Assembly: GCA_963802945.1 (NCBI GenBank)
Contig: CAWDKY010000017.1
Span: 416,001 to 480,000 of the forward strand
Reading direction: 5' to 3'
Origin: an uncultured delta proteobacterium
Lineage (GTDB): Bacteria; Desulfobacterota; RBG-13-43-22
Length of the DNA stretch: 64,000 bases
Shown here piece by piece: positions 10,663 through 20,599 of the stretch. The notes below the pieces were generated by a model. The model searched no databases. It saw only the letters and a list, made by a program, of their open reading frames with translations, and was not told where the DNA came from. The translations under genes were made by a program, and so were the position numbers. The number at the start of each line of letters is the position of its first letter. Position 1 is the first letter of the stretch.

Positions 10663-10737
10663 TGGAGCCGGCGATGGGATTTGAACCCGCGACCTGCTGA
10701 TTACGAATCAGCTGCTCTACCCCTGAGCTACGCCGGC
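10663..10737 (-). tRNA. tRNA-Thr(CGT)
   Basis: GCCGGCGTAGCTCAGGGGTAGAGCAGCTGATTCGTAATCAGCAGGTCGCGGGTTCAAATCCCATCGCCGGCTCCA; cloverleaf with encoded CCA. Confidence 0.97.
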
Positions 10738-10923
10738 TCGAAAAGAATAATTCCATAGTTGACTGGAATTGTCAATAAGAGGATGGGTGGGCGTATCTTA
10801 TTATAAAAAAGATAGGAGGAAGAGACTTAGAGGAAGGGCAAGAAAAGTAGATCGTATTGAAATTGTGTCTCAGGGATGATACTATTCCTTTCATCAAGAT
10901 CAAATTCAAGAGGAGAAGAGATT

Positions 10924-12522
10924 ATGAACCTGGGGAATAGGCAGGCGCATTACGGTTTGGATCATCATGGGATAAAGAACGTAGGGAGGGTTTACTGGAA
11001 TCCGCCCACTCCGGTTCTTTATGAAGAGATCGTCCGTCGAAGGGAAGGGGTCATAGCCCATCTGGGGCCTATGGTCGTTAGAACCGGGCACTATACCGGC
11101 CGGTCTCCCAATGATAAGCGGATTGTTCGGGAAAAAACCAGTGAAAAGAAAATCTGGTGGGGTCCGGTCAATATCCCTATGGAACCGGAAAAGTTTGAAG
11201 TCCTCTATTTTCGGCTGTTGGCCTATTTTCAGGGCAGGGATGTTTTTGTCCAGGACTGCTATGCCGGTGCCGATCCCAAATATCAGGTACCGGTCCGAAT
11301 CATCACCGAAACCGCCTGGCACAATCTTTTTGCCAGGAATATGTTCGTTCAGATCGATGACCGATCGAAACTGAATCATCATGTCCCCCAATTCACCATT
11401 ATCAATGTCCCCAGATTTCATGCCATGCCTGAATTGGACGGGACCAATTCCGAGGCTTTTATCATCGTTAATTTCGGAAAAAGGTTGATTTTAATCGGCG
11501 GCACCAGCTTCGCCGGAGAGATCAAGAAATCCGTCTTTACTGTTTTGAATTATCTCTATCCTCAGGAAAAGGTTATGTCCATGCATTGTTCGGCCAATGT
11601 GGGGGAGAAAGGAGACGTGGCCATTTTTTTCGGTCTGTCCGGAACCGGAAAGACCACCCTTTCGGCTGATCCGGAACGTTTATTAATTGGGGACGATGAA
11701 CACGGCTGGAGCGATAAAGGGATCTTTGATTTTGAAGGGGGATGTTACGCCAAGGTCATCCGCCTTTCCCCGGAAGCCGAGCCTGAAATTTATGAGTGCA
11801 CCCGAAGATTCGGTACGATCCTCGAGAATGTGGCTATTGATAACGAGACCCGTCGGATCGATTTGAACGACGGCTCTTTAACGGAAAACACCCGGGCGGC
11901 TTATCCTATCAGTCATATCCCCCGGGCCATTCGCTCCGGTGTTGCCGGTCACCCTAAAAATATCATTATGCTCACTTATGATGCCTTTGGGGTTTTGCCG
12001 CCTATCGCCAAATTAACTCCGGAACAGGCCATGTATCAGTTCCTTTCCGGTTATACGGCCAAAGTGGCCGGGACCGAGAAAGGATTGGGAAAAGAGCCCC
12101 AGGCCACCTTCAGTGCCTGTTTTGGCGCCCCCTTTATGGCTCTGCCCCCAACAGTCTATGCCGGACTGCTGGGGGAACGGATCCAAAAGCATAAGGTGAA
12201 ATGCTGGCTGGTCAATACAGGTATGTCCGGCGGTCCTTTCGGGGTCGGGGAACGGATCAGGATTGCCTATACCCGGGCCATGATCCATCAGGCTTTACAA
12301 GGGAAATTGGATGATGTTCCCACGCGAACCGATCCTATTTTCAATCTTCGGATTCCACGATCCTGTCAAGGGGTGCCCAAGGCAATACTTGACCCCCGGA
12401 CCACCTGGCGTAAACCAGGGGAGTATGATGCCAAGGCAAGGGATCTGGCTGAAAGATTCAGGGAGAACTTTAAACCTTTTGCCTCCCAGGTCTCATCCAA
12501 GGTAAAGAAAGCCGGCCCTTAA
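10924..12522 (+). CDS. pckA: Phosphoenolpyruvate carboxykinase (ATP)
   Basis: TGRSP, GEIKK, SMHCSAN, FFGLSGTGKTTLS, LIGDDEHGW, FEGGCYAK. Confidence 0.97.
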   Translation: MNLGNRQAHYGLDHHGIKNVGRVYWNPPTPVLYEEIVRRREGVIAHLGPMVVRTGHYTGRSPNDKRIVREKTSEKKIWWGPVNIPMEPEKFEVLYFRLLAYFQGRDVFVQDCYAGADPKYQVPVRIITETAWHNLFARNMFVQIDDRSKLNHHVPQFTIINVPRFHAMPELDGTNSEAFIIVNFGKRLILIGGTSFAGEIKKSVFTVLNYLYPQEKVMSMHCSANVGEKGDVAIFFGLSGTGKTTLSADPERLLIGDDEHGWSDKGIFDFEGGCYAKVIRLSPEAEPEIYECTRRFGTILENVAIDNETRRIDLNDGSLTENTRAAYPISHIPRAIRSGVAGHPKNIIMLTYDAFGVLPPIAKLTPEQAMYQFLSGYTAKVAGTEKGLGKEPQATFSACFGAPFMALPPTVYAGLLGERIQKHKVKCWLVNTGMSGGPFGVGERIRIAYTRAMIHQALQGKLDDVPTRTDPIFNLRIPRSCQGVPKAILDPRTTWRKPGEYDAKARDLAERFRENFKPFASQVSSKVKKAGP

Positions 12523-12545
12523 TTTCTCAGACCAAAGGGTGTTAA

Positions 12546-14033
12546 CTAAAATTCATAATCCCAAGGCCAGTCCGGCAGATTCTTTAGCTCAGGGTGCTCC
12601 TTCCAGCCAGGGATTCGGGCGATCCTTTTGGCAATGGCCTTATATCTTTTCCAGTCGGCACTGCCAAAAACATGCATCTTTTGGGCGGCCAGAGAGCCCT
12701 CACCGTGAATATGGGCCTGATCGACGTTATGACTGGTCAGGTCCTTGGCCAGTCGAATGGCCTTGAGTCGATCTTCGGTCGATACCCCGGCCTTGCCGGC
12801 CAGATACTTCTCGATAAAAGGTCTTTCCTTGGAATTCATCCAATCTTTGTAGGAAGGGACCGTGGCGATAAGGCCGCCGGTGATATCGGCTAAAAATTTG
12901 GAATTCTCGGCGCACTCATCGGCCTTTCTGAACTTAGCGATGTTGGTATAGACCGTATTGGGGGCGACTAACCCAATATCGGGAAACACATCGGGATGTT
13001 CACAGGCCGCCCTGGCCATGACATCCAGAATCACCGTGTCCATGGCCATCCAGGCCAGTTTCTCCTGGATATGAGGATAGCGGTCTATTCCATTATATTC
13101 GGCCATCAGGGCCGCCGTACCCAGTTTAAGCTCCCGTTCCACGGCTATGGCTGAAGCCCCGTAAAGGCGATGGAAGACGCCGAACAGCCAGGCTTGGTCC
13201 CGGGAAAACTGATATTCGCCGCACATAAACACCCTGTTCCAGGGAACAAAGACATCATCAAAGACAATCAGGCATTCACTGATCTTGGCCCCTTTTCCGC
13301 TGTCAGGCCAATTCCACTGGGCCTCTTCACCTCTTTCCGGATACTTCCCCGGTGAAGTGATCAGGGTAATCCCTTTGGCATTGACCGGGGTGGCAAAGAC
13401 CACGGCATAGTCCTTATCTTCTTCCCGATGGGCCCGGCAAGGAGAAACAATCAGCTCATTGGCATCCGGGGTGGTACTGATGTGCATCTTGGCCCCCCGA
13501 ACCCATATGCCGTCCTTCTGCCGGTCCACAATCCGGACATAGAAGTCCTTATGTTGTTCCTGAGCCGATGGGCGAAGACTCCGGTTCCCCTTGACATCGG
13601 TGATCGCTCCGGTAATGGCCGGGTCGGTCTTTTTCAGATGCTGACGATAGTCCTCTACGGCATCGGTATAGTGGGTGCCTAATTCCCTGTCCATTCTGGC
13701 CGCCACGACTCCGGTGGCCGCCAGGGCATCAGGGCCCATACCGCTCATATTGGCCCCGATTCGATGGGCGGTCATATAAATCTCCCTACGGCGCACAAGA
13801 TCTTCAGCGGTTTTGGGCTGGGTCCAAACGAACATCCTTCTCTCCCCGTCCTCTTCCACGGTGAAGAGGTCCCGCCACTCCGGGTCATTGGCCAGGACAT
13901 AACTCAAGGCCCTGCGGGCAATGGCCCCCTTCATGGCCGGATGTTTGGTTATGTCGGGGATTTGCTCGCCATCGAGAAAAATCACCCTTCCATCATTCAA
14001 ACTTTTAACATACTGCTCCGGTGTTCTAATCAT
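12546..14033 (-). CDS. 4-hydroxybutyryl-CoA dehydratase / HpaB-family flavoprotein, divergent
   Basis: YVKSLNDGRVI, AITDVKGNRSLRP, VRGAKMHIS, IVFDDVFVPWNRVFMCGE, HGEGSLAAQ; Fe-S Cys ligands not seen. Confidence 0.85.
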   Translation of the reverse strand: MIRTPEQYVKSLNDGRVIFLDGEQIPDITKHPAMKGAIARRALSYVLANDPEWRDLFTVEEDGERRMFVWTQPKTAEDLVRRREIYMTAHRIGANMSGMGPDALAATGVVAARMDRELGTHYTDAVEDYRQHLKKTDPAITGAITDVKGNRSLRPSAQEQHKDFYVRIVDRQKDGIWVRGAKMHISTTPDANELIVSPCRAHREEDKDYAVVFATPVNAKGITLITSPGKYPERGEEAQWNWPDSGKGAKISECLIVFDDVFVPWNRVFMCGEYQFSRDQAWLFGVFHRLYGASAIAVERELKLGTAALMAEYNGIDRYPHIQEKLAWMAMDTVILDVMARAACEHPDVFPDIGLVAPNTVYTNIAKFRKADECAENSKFLADITGGLIATVPSYKDWMNSKERPFIEKYLAGKAGVSTEDRLKAIRLAKDLTSHNVDQAHIHGEGSLAAQKMHVFGSADWKRYKAIAKRIARIPGWKEHPELKNLPDWPWDYEF

Positions 14034-14483
14034 AAAAGCCTCCTTTAAATTTAAAGGTAAACATGATCCCCATGAACTTCAAAAGTTTAAAATGTCCTTC
14101 TGCGGTCTAGGGATAGTCTCCCAAGGTTTTAATATTTATTCGACTTTGTTGAGGTTCGATAGGACCCTCGACACTATTATTTATCCTGATCATCCTATTC
14201 CCTTCCCTGCAGTATTTCGATTTGCCATATATTTCCTCCAATTCTTTTATAAGAATTTGATAAGAACTTATTTATTGACGAGAGGAGTATAAAATAAGGA
14301 AAATACACGGTCAAGGAGAAAAAAAGAATAGAAGGCAAGGGGAGAAAAGGAGCCTTTTGAAGAGAATGGGACTTTACAGGCTTAGACTTTGCAACCTGTT
14401 TTAGATTTGGTGTTTTAATCCTCATCATTCCCTGGTATAAGACTCAAAACGGATTTAAAACAAAAAAAGGAGGTTTGAGTAAA

Positions 14484-15266
14484 ATGAAAGTTGCCGATAA
14501 AGTCGTTGTTGTTACGGGCGGGGCCAGCGGCATCGGCAGGGCTTTTTGCCGACGGTTTGCTCAGGAAGGCGCCAAAGGCGTCACTGTGGCTGATATTAAC
14601 GAAAAGGGAGCTATGGCCGTTGCCGATGAAATCAAGGGATTGGCGCTGAAATGTGATGTCAGCAATGAAGATGATATTATAAACGTGGTAAAGCGAACCG
14701 AAGAAAAATACGGTCCTGTTGATCTGTTTTGCTCCAATGCCGGAATATCGGTTAGAGGAGGCCTTGAGCTTCCCAATGATATCTGGCAAAAGATGTGGGA
14801 AGTCCATGTAATGGCCCATGTCTACGCAGCGAGGGCAGTTATTCCCGGAATGATTGAACGGGGCGGCGGCTATCTTCTTAATACGGCCTCTGCCGCGGGC
14901 CTGCTGAATACTATCGCAACCCCTTGCTATGCTGCAACCAAACACGCGGCCGTGGGTTTGGCCGAAAATATCGCCATCATGTACGGCGATCAGGGGATTA
15001 AAGTTTCAGTGGTTTGTCCACAGGCCGTTCGCTCCGGGATGACTCGGGAAGCGGAGAGTGTAGCGGCTGTCGACGGCAGGTTAGAACCGGAAGCGGTCGC
15101 CGATTTGGTGATTGAAGCCTTGGCTGATGAAAGATTTCTGATTCTGCCCCATCCTGAGGTCAAGACCTATTTGGAGCGAAAGACCTCCGACTATGACCGA
15201 TGGCTTACCGGTATGCGCCGACTCCGGTCTCGATACCTCCAAGGAGAGTCTTTAAAGTCCAAATGA
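14484..15266 (+). CDS. SDR family oxidoreductase
   Basis: TGGASGIG, SNAG, YAATK. Confidence 0.92.
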   Translation: MKVADKVVVVTGGASGIGRAFCRRFAQEGAKGVTVADINEKGAMAVADEIKGLALKCDVSNEDDIINVVKRTEEKYGPVDLFCSNAGISVRGGLELPNDIWQKMWEVHVMAHVYAARAVIPGMIERGGGYLLNTASAAGLLNTIATPCYAATKHAAVGLAENIAIMYGDQGIKVSVVCPQAVRSGMTREAESVAAVDGRLEPEAVADLVIEALADERFLILPHPEVKTYLERKTSDYDRWLTGMRRLRSRYLQGESLKSK

Positions 15267-15351
15267 TCCATTAGGATAGGCGCCGGCCCTCCCTTATAAA
15301 GTCCAATGAAAACAGGTAGACAATAAACTTAGAAAAAAGAAAGGAGCACCC

Positions 15352-16155
15352 ATGGAATACAAAACCGTTATTGTAAGTAAGAAGGAGCATATTGCCACCA
15401 TTACTTTGAATCGTCCGGAGAAATTGAATGCTTTGAATCCTCAACTGGTACAAGACTTTCGTAAAGCCGTCATCGAAGTGGATGATGACGATGACGTAAG
15501 AGCCATCATTATTACCGGAGCCGGTCGGGCTTTCAGCGCCGGGATGGACTACAAAGAAGATTTTCAAGCTGGGATCGATAAGAGAAAAGAAAAAGGTGTT
15601 GACCCATCAAGGAGGTTTTTAGGAATAGGGAAAGGTTTGTATCCTCTGGAGAAGGTGAGGGCGCCGGTGATCGTAGCCTTGAATGGTTATGCCATGGGCG
15701 CCGGATTTACCGCAATCGCTTTACGAGGTGATATCAGGATTGCTTCGGAAGAAGTTAAAATACAGCTTACATTTTCGCGAATCGGGTTGATGATAGAAGC
15801 CGGATCAACTTATCTATTGCCCCGCTTAATAGGTATGGGAAAGGCTTGCGAATTAGCCTTTACTGCCAGAACAATTGATGCCAAAGAGGCCTTAGAACTG
15901 CGCCTGGTAGATAAAGTAGTCCCGGCCGACGAATTGATGAAAACAACCTGGGAAATGGCCAAGGCGATTGCCTTGGTATCACCCATGTCAAATCGACTTG
16001 CCAAGCGAGCGCTATATCTGGGACTGAAAAGTGATATGGACACCGCCGAACACTTCGAAGAAATCGGACAAAGCTTTCTCGGATCTACTGCAGACTATGA
16101 AGAAGCGGTCAAGGCCTTTCTGGAAAAGAGGCCGCCCGAATTTAAGAACAGATAA
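15352..16155 (+). CDS. Enoyl-CoA hydratase/isomerase family protein
   Basis: ITLNRPEKLNAL, GAGRAFSAGMD, NGYAMGAG, AFLEKRPPEFK. Confidence 0.92.
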   Translation: MEYKTVIVSKKEHIATITLNRPEKLNALNPQLVQDFRKAVIEVDDDDDVRAIIITGAGRAFSAGMDYKEDFQAGIDKRKEKGVDPSRRFLGIGKGLYPLEKVRAPVIVALNGYAMGAGFTAIALRGDIRIASEEVKIQLTFSRIGLMIEAGSTYLLPRLIGMGKACELAFTARTIDAKEALELRLVDKVVPADELMKTTWEMAKAIALVSPMSNRLAKRALYLGLKSDMDTAEHFEEIGQSFLGSTADYEEAVKAFLEKRPPEFKNR

Positions 16156-16344
16156 TAAACAGGTTCGGAAACCGGTTTACAGAAGCGTCCGCCACAGGTG
16201 CGGTAATTCTTGGAACAGATTGGGCGGGCTTACTGCGAAAATCATTCGAGTCGAGTAGGCCGGTTTCTCCCCATACGGTAAACTAAAATTGGTCCTTGTT
16301 AGCCGGTTAGTTTCCCCGACGGCGGCACAATCAGTCAGCCAATA

Positions 16345-16731
16345 TCATTTTTTCTCGGCGAGTTGAACCAACACACCATGGGCGGATTTGGGGTGCACAA
16401 AAACCTGAGGGCTGCCTACACCAATGAGTTGTACACCGGCATCCTGCATGGTTTTTACCGTTGCCGCCAGGTCATCGACCGCCAGAGAGATGGTGTGAAC
16501 TCCTTCTCCACTTCTTTCGATCGCTTTACCCACGGCTGAATTAGGACCAAAAGGGGCCACGACTTCTAAAAACCCCCCATTAGGGAAGGGGAAAAAGGCC
16601 TGCTTGATACCCAAAGCTTCGGACTCCGAGGTGCGCTCCAGTTTCATTCCCAATTTATCCCTAAAGGTGCTTATGCCTTCCTCAATATTTTTCACACGCA
16701 CAACCATATGATCTATTCCTTTAATCGCCAT
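16345..16731 (-). CDS. VOC-family protein (methylmalonyl-CoA epimerase-like)
   Basis: IDHMVVRV, FLEVVAP, GEGVHTISLAVDDL, FVHPKSAHGVLVQL; AAAGGAG RBS before ATG 16731. Confidence 0.85.
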   Translation of the reverse strand: MAIKGIDHMVVRVKNIEEGISTFRDKLGMKLERTSESEALGIKQAFFPFPNGGFLEVVAPFGPNSAVGKAIERSGEGVHTISLAVDDLAATVKTMQDAGVQLIGVGSPQVFVHPKSAHGVLVQLAEKK

Positions 16732-16897
16732 TTTTTCTCCTTTCTCAATAAAATTAAGTATGAACAGTTTTATCTCGGGTAATAATCGATTGCCAATTCC
16801 TTTCTTCTCCGCTTGGGGAGATGCCTTAGATTGGCTGGCGGCCCTGACCTCTCCTCTACCCAACCAGAAGAAACCAATGATCCGATACCATGGCCCT

Positions 16898-16926
16898 ATA
16901 ATACCGTTTCTCGGGAGATTCGTCAA
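16898..16926 (-). promoter_or_regulatory. sigma70-type promoter of the VOC gene
   Basis: TTGACG-N17-TATTAT. Confidence 0.55.
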
Positions 16927-17066
16927 AAAGAAAATCAACTTGACCATATCCTTTTCCTTGTTTTATACTCTTCCATCAAAAAGGAAATACCCGAGAAGAA
17001 AGTTATTAAGAAATTTCATAAAATGACTCAGGGAATGAATATCTAATTATTATGAGAGAATGATTG

Positions 17067-18002
17067 ATGGGAATTTTTCACTGTCCTTTTGGCTGCCCTT
17101 ATTACGAAGATGAAGGGTGTATAGATTGTGGCCTGTGCCTGGCCACTACCAGCGAAGAGATGGTTGAGGCTTCAAAGAAAATTCGAGCCTATCTAAAGGC
17201 CCATGCCCAGCAGGGAAGGCCAATACAAAAGATCGCTGTTTGCGGCAAAGGCGGGGTGGGTAAAAGCACCGTTGTGACCCTAATGGCCAAGGCCCTGGTC
17301 GGCCTGAATTATAACGTGCTGGTCTTGGATACGGATGAATCCAATCCGGGCCTATACCGGTCCCTGGGTTTTGATAAAACACCTAAACCTCTCTACTCCT
17401 TGATGAGCCGTTTCTCCTATAAGGGACAGCCGGAAGAGGATACCCAGTGGATCATGCTGCCTGAAATAAAAATAACGGATATTCCGCCGACCTATATCCC
17501 TGCACAAAACGGTTTAAAGTTTCTGATGGTGGGCAAGATTGAAGACCCTTTTCAGGGCTGTGCCTGCTCCCTGGCTGATGTCACCAGGGGATTTGTTTCC
17601 AGGTTATCCCTGATGGAAAATGAAATCATCCTGATTGATATGGAAGCCGGGGTCGAGAGCTTCGGCCGGGGTGTGGAAAGAAGTGTCGATCTGGTCTTAT
17701 CCATCGTTGAGCCCTCTTTTGAATCCATGGCCCTGGCGGAAAAAATTGTCTATATGGCCGAGGGCATGGGAATAAACCGAGCAGGTGCCCTGCTGAACAA
17801 AGTTCCCTCTGAAGCTATCAAAGAAAAAATGATCAAGGAACTTGAAAAAAGAAATGTTCAGACCCTGGGAACCATTCATTTTGACCAAAAGGTGCAGGAG
17901 GCGGGATTTGAAGGGAGGCCGCCGACTCATTCCAAAGCCGATGAGGAGGTTGAAAAAATAACACAAGTATTAATCAACGTTGTCCAACAAACAACTAATT
18001 AG
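17067..18002 (+). CDS. CooC/AcsF-type nickel-insertion ATPase with a Cys-rich N-terminal extension
   Basis: GKGGVGKS deviant Walker A, DTDESNPGL, GCAC metal site, DMEAGVESFGRG. Confidence 0.85.
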   Translation: MGIFHCPFGCPYYEDEGCIDCGLCLATTSEEMVEASKKIRAYLKAHAQQGRPIQKIAVCGKGGVGKSTVVTLMAKALVGLNYNVLVLDTDESNPGLYRSLGFDKTPKPLYSLMSRFSYKGQPEEDTQWIMLPEIKITDIPPTYIPAQNGLKFLMVGKIEDPFQGCACSLADVTRGFVSRLSLMENEIILIDMEAGVESFGRGVERSVDLVLSIVEPSFESMALAEKIVYMAEGMGINRAGALLNKVPSEAIKEKMIKELEKRNVQTLGTIHFDQKVQEAGFEGRPPTHSKADEEVEKITQVLINVVQQTTN

Positions 18003-18069
18003 TTTCCATCCGGAAATCTTATTTTCGGATGGAAACTATTTCATCTCAATTGAAGGAGGGACCGAGAAC

Positions 18070-19155
18070 ATGACGGTTGAAGATTCCTATCAAATTTTAA
18101 TGAACAATTTAAAGTATCCCGCTTCCAATCGCCTGCGGGCCTTATTGGAATATTTATTAACCCCTGAACAGGCCCAAATGGCCGCTGCCCTTCCTGGAAC
18201 AGCGGCTGAAGTGGCGGAGAAAACAGGATTTGATCTGGAGGTGGTCAAGAAAGAACTGGATGCCCTTTTCTATGCCGGGGTCATTTTTCCCAAGGGCGAT
18301 TTTAATGACCGGCAATATTACCGCTTCGCCCGTTCCGTCGGGCAACTTCATGATGCCAGCCAGGCGCCTAAAGGGATCGATGTGGTCAAGGACCGCGAAT
18401 ATTTCCGGTTATGGCACGATTTCGTCATGAATGAATGGTATCCGGACCGGGGAAGGGCCTTTGCCGAGTCCCCGCAGCCTTTTGCCCGGATCATCCCGGC
18501 TTATAAGGCCATTAAAGACCTGCCGGACGTTCTACCCTGTGAAGATGTCCGCGAAATCTTTAAAGCCCAGAGACGCATCGCGGTCGTGCCCTGCTCCTGC
18601 AGGTATCGCACTACCTCTGTGGGCGAACACTGCGCCCATACGGCCGAAGAGGATGTCTGGCACTGTCTCCAATTCAACCGCGGGGCCGACTATGCCATGG
18701 CCAGAGAAGCCGGAAAAGAATTGAGTCTGGATGAAGCCTTAGCGCTTCTGGATAAAGTGGAAGAAGACGGACTCCTTCATACCTGGCAGAACAATGCCGC
18801 GCTGACCGGTATGGCGGTCGCTTGTCAGTGCTGCCGGGATTGCTGCATGAACGCGGTTCCCATGGATATCATCAAAGAACCCTTGGATAAGATGTGGGCC
18901 AAAAGCCGCTTCATAGCCACCGTGGATGAAAAGGCCTGTATCGGCTGCCAGACCTGTGTGGATCGATGCCAGTTCGACGCCATTGAAATGGTTAAAGCGG
19001 AAGGGGTTACCAAATCAAAAAAACTAAAAGCCAAAGTTGATCCCGAAGCCTGCTTCGGGTGCGGGGTTTGTGTGGTGGGCTGCGATAAAGCCCAGGCCTT
19101 GTCCATGAAGCTGGTTCGGCCACCGGACCATATTCCGCCAGTCAAGGAAGCTTAA
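18070..19155 (+). CDS. Multi-cluster 4Fe-4S protein with an N-terminal HTH-like region
   Basis: PCSCR, CQCCRDCC, CIGCQTCVDRC, CFGCGVCVVGC. Confidence 0.88.
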   Translation: MTVEDSYQILMNNLKYPASNRLRALLEYLLTPEQAQMAAALPGTAAEVAEKTGFDLEVVKKELDALFYAGVIFPKGDFNDRQYYRFARSVGQLHDASQAPKGIDVVKDREYFRLWHDFVMNEWYPDRGRAFAESPQPFARIIPAYKAIKDLPDVLPCEDVREIFKAQRRIAVVPCSCRYRTTSVGEHCAHTAEEDVWHCLQFNRGADYAMAREAGKELSLDEALALLDKVEEDGLLHTWQNNAALTGMAVACQCCRDCCMNAVPMDIIKEPLDKMWAKSRFIATVDEKACIGCQTCVDRCQFDAIEMVKAEGVTKSKKLKAKVDPEACFGCGVCVVGCDKAQALSMKLVRPPDHIPPVKEA

Positions 19156-19260
19156 GAAAGGTATAAGGTACAAGGTGTAAGGTTTAAAGAAAATCGTACA
19201 CCTTGTACCTGTTGTCTTTTGAGCTACTAAATCCTTGAATCCTCGAACCCTGTTTTCGTA

Positions 19261-19300
19261 CTAAAAGTCGTAATCCCAGGGCCAGTCCGGGCGATTCTTT
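19261..19300 (-). pseudogene. 3'-terminal scar of a third AbfD-like paralog
   Basis: Encodes KNRPDWPWDYDF*, versus KNLPDWPWDYEF* at the end of 12546-14033. Confidence 0.7.
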
Positions 19301-19330
19301 GACCGATGATGTCCCTCATGCGGTCTTTTT

Positions 19331-20599
19331 CTATTCCAGTGTTTCATGCACCTTCCACATGTCTTCGTCTGTGAAACAACGCTCGCTCTCATCCGGGTGC
19401 ATGGCATCTTGTTCAAGTCTGCGCCGGTCGTATGAGGCGTTCAACACCTCGTCATAGTATTCGTGTTGAATGAGCAGGTTCATGATCTGGCTGGTGCCGG
19501 TCCAGATCATGGACAATCGAGTGTCCCTTAAAGCCCGTTCAATAGGATAGACATCCGTATAACCTATGCCGCCCATGATCTGCATGGCGTTATTGACCAC
19601 CTGCCAAGCCGCTTCGGTCGCAAACCGCTTGGCTTCGCTGACTAAGCGGCGTACATTAGGGCTGTTCTCATCTGCCGCCCTGGCGGCAAAATAGGACAGG
19701 GCCCGGGCCGCATCCAGTTGGGTGATCGAGTCGGCCACTAAAAAGTTGATGGCCTGAAACCGTCGTATCTCCTGGCCAAAGGCCTTGCGCCGATTGGAGT
19801 ATCTCAAGGCCAGGTCTAATGCCCCCCACACGCCCAGGCAACCGGCCGCCGAGGTCAAACGCTCGGGGATCATCATCTGATTAAAACACAAGGCACCGCC
19901 ATGGAGTTCTCCGACCAGGTTCTCTTTGGGAACACGGACATTGCGAAACACCAGCCGGCCGGTCCCACCGCCTTTGCATCCCAAGAGACCATAGAGATAT
20001 TCGGTCTTAACCCCAGGCCCTTTTTCGATGATCATCAGGCTGATTCTGGAGTAGCGATTAGCACCGGGTTCGAAATTGGTCCGGCAATAGACCAGAAAAA
20101 AATCGGCACCTTCCGCCCCGACCACAAAACGTTTCTGTCCATTGACAATAAAATGATCTCCTTCAAGATCAGCTCTGGTGGTGGCCCCAAAAAAGTCAGA
20201 ACCGCCTCTGGGTTCGGTCAGGGCCTCGGCCGCGATGAGTTTCCCTTCGAGATAGGGTTTGAGGTATTTTTCTTTCAGCTTTTCCGTGCCGAAACGATTC
20301 AGGGCTTCGCCCACAATGGACGGCATCACAAAGGCACAACCCAGGGCCATGCCCAGGCAGCCGATTTCCTCGGTAGCCGCTATTTCCGCCACCCAGCTCA
20401 TTTCCCGGCCGCCGTATATTTTGGGGAACCGTAGGCCGCGAAGATTGAGGGCGGCCAGCTTTTCCACAAATTCTCTCGGATAGGTAATCTCGTCCTTGTC
20501 CATCTTTCTGAGAAAATCGCTGGTGATCTCTTCACGAACGAACCTCTTAACTTCGTCTCTTAATGCCCTTTCTTCAGACGTCAGTAAAAAATCGTACAT
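19331..20599 (-). CDS. Acyl-CoA dehydrogenase
   Basis: ALTEPRGGSD, VNGQKRFV, RKAFGQEIRRFQAI, AMQIMGGIGY, ERALRDTR; IWTGTS lacks the usual Glu, so the IPER Glu may be the base. Confidence 0.92.
   Translation of the reverse strand: MYDFLLTSEERALRDEVKRFVREEITSDFLRKMDKDEITYPREFVEKLAALNLRGLRFPKIYGGREMSWVAEIAATEEIGCLGMALGCAFVMPSIVGEALNRFGTEKLKEKYLKPYLEGKLIAAEALTEPRGGSDFFGATTRADLEGDHFIVNGQKRFVVGAEGADFFLVYCRTNFEPGANRYSRISLMIIEKGPGVKTEYLYGLLGCKGGGTGRLVFRNVRVPKENLVGELHGGALCFNQMMIPERLTSAAGCLGVWGALDLALRYSNRRKAFGQEIRRFQAINFLVADSITQLDAARALSYFAARAADENSPNVRRLVSEAKRFATEAAWQVVNNAMQIMGGIGYTDVYPIERALRDTRLSMIWTGTSQIMNLLIQHEYYDEVLNASYDRRRLEQDAMHPDESERCFTDEDMWKVHETLE

Larger units (their letters stand above)
3362..10708. 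mobile_element. Decayed genomic island integrated at tRNA-Thr(CGT)
   Basis: Bounded by tRNA 3'-end direct repeats; AT-rich segments, IS elements and pseudogenes inside; no integrase found. Confidence 0.75.

Noticed and set aside
16160-16347. Open frame continuing past the VOC gene TGA
   Set aside because: The VOC domain is complete at the stop; the extension has no recognisable motif and no clear SECIS.
16732-16947. N-terminal 72-aa extension of the VOC ORF in the ORF track
   Set aside because: A strong RBS precedes ATG 16731 and a promoter lies inside the extension.
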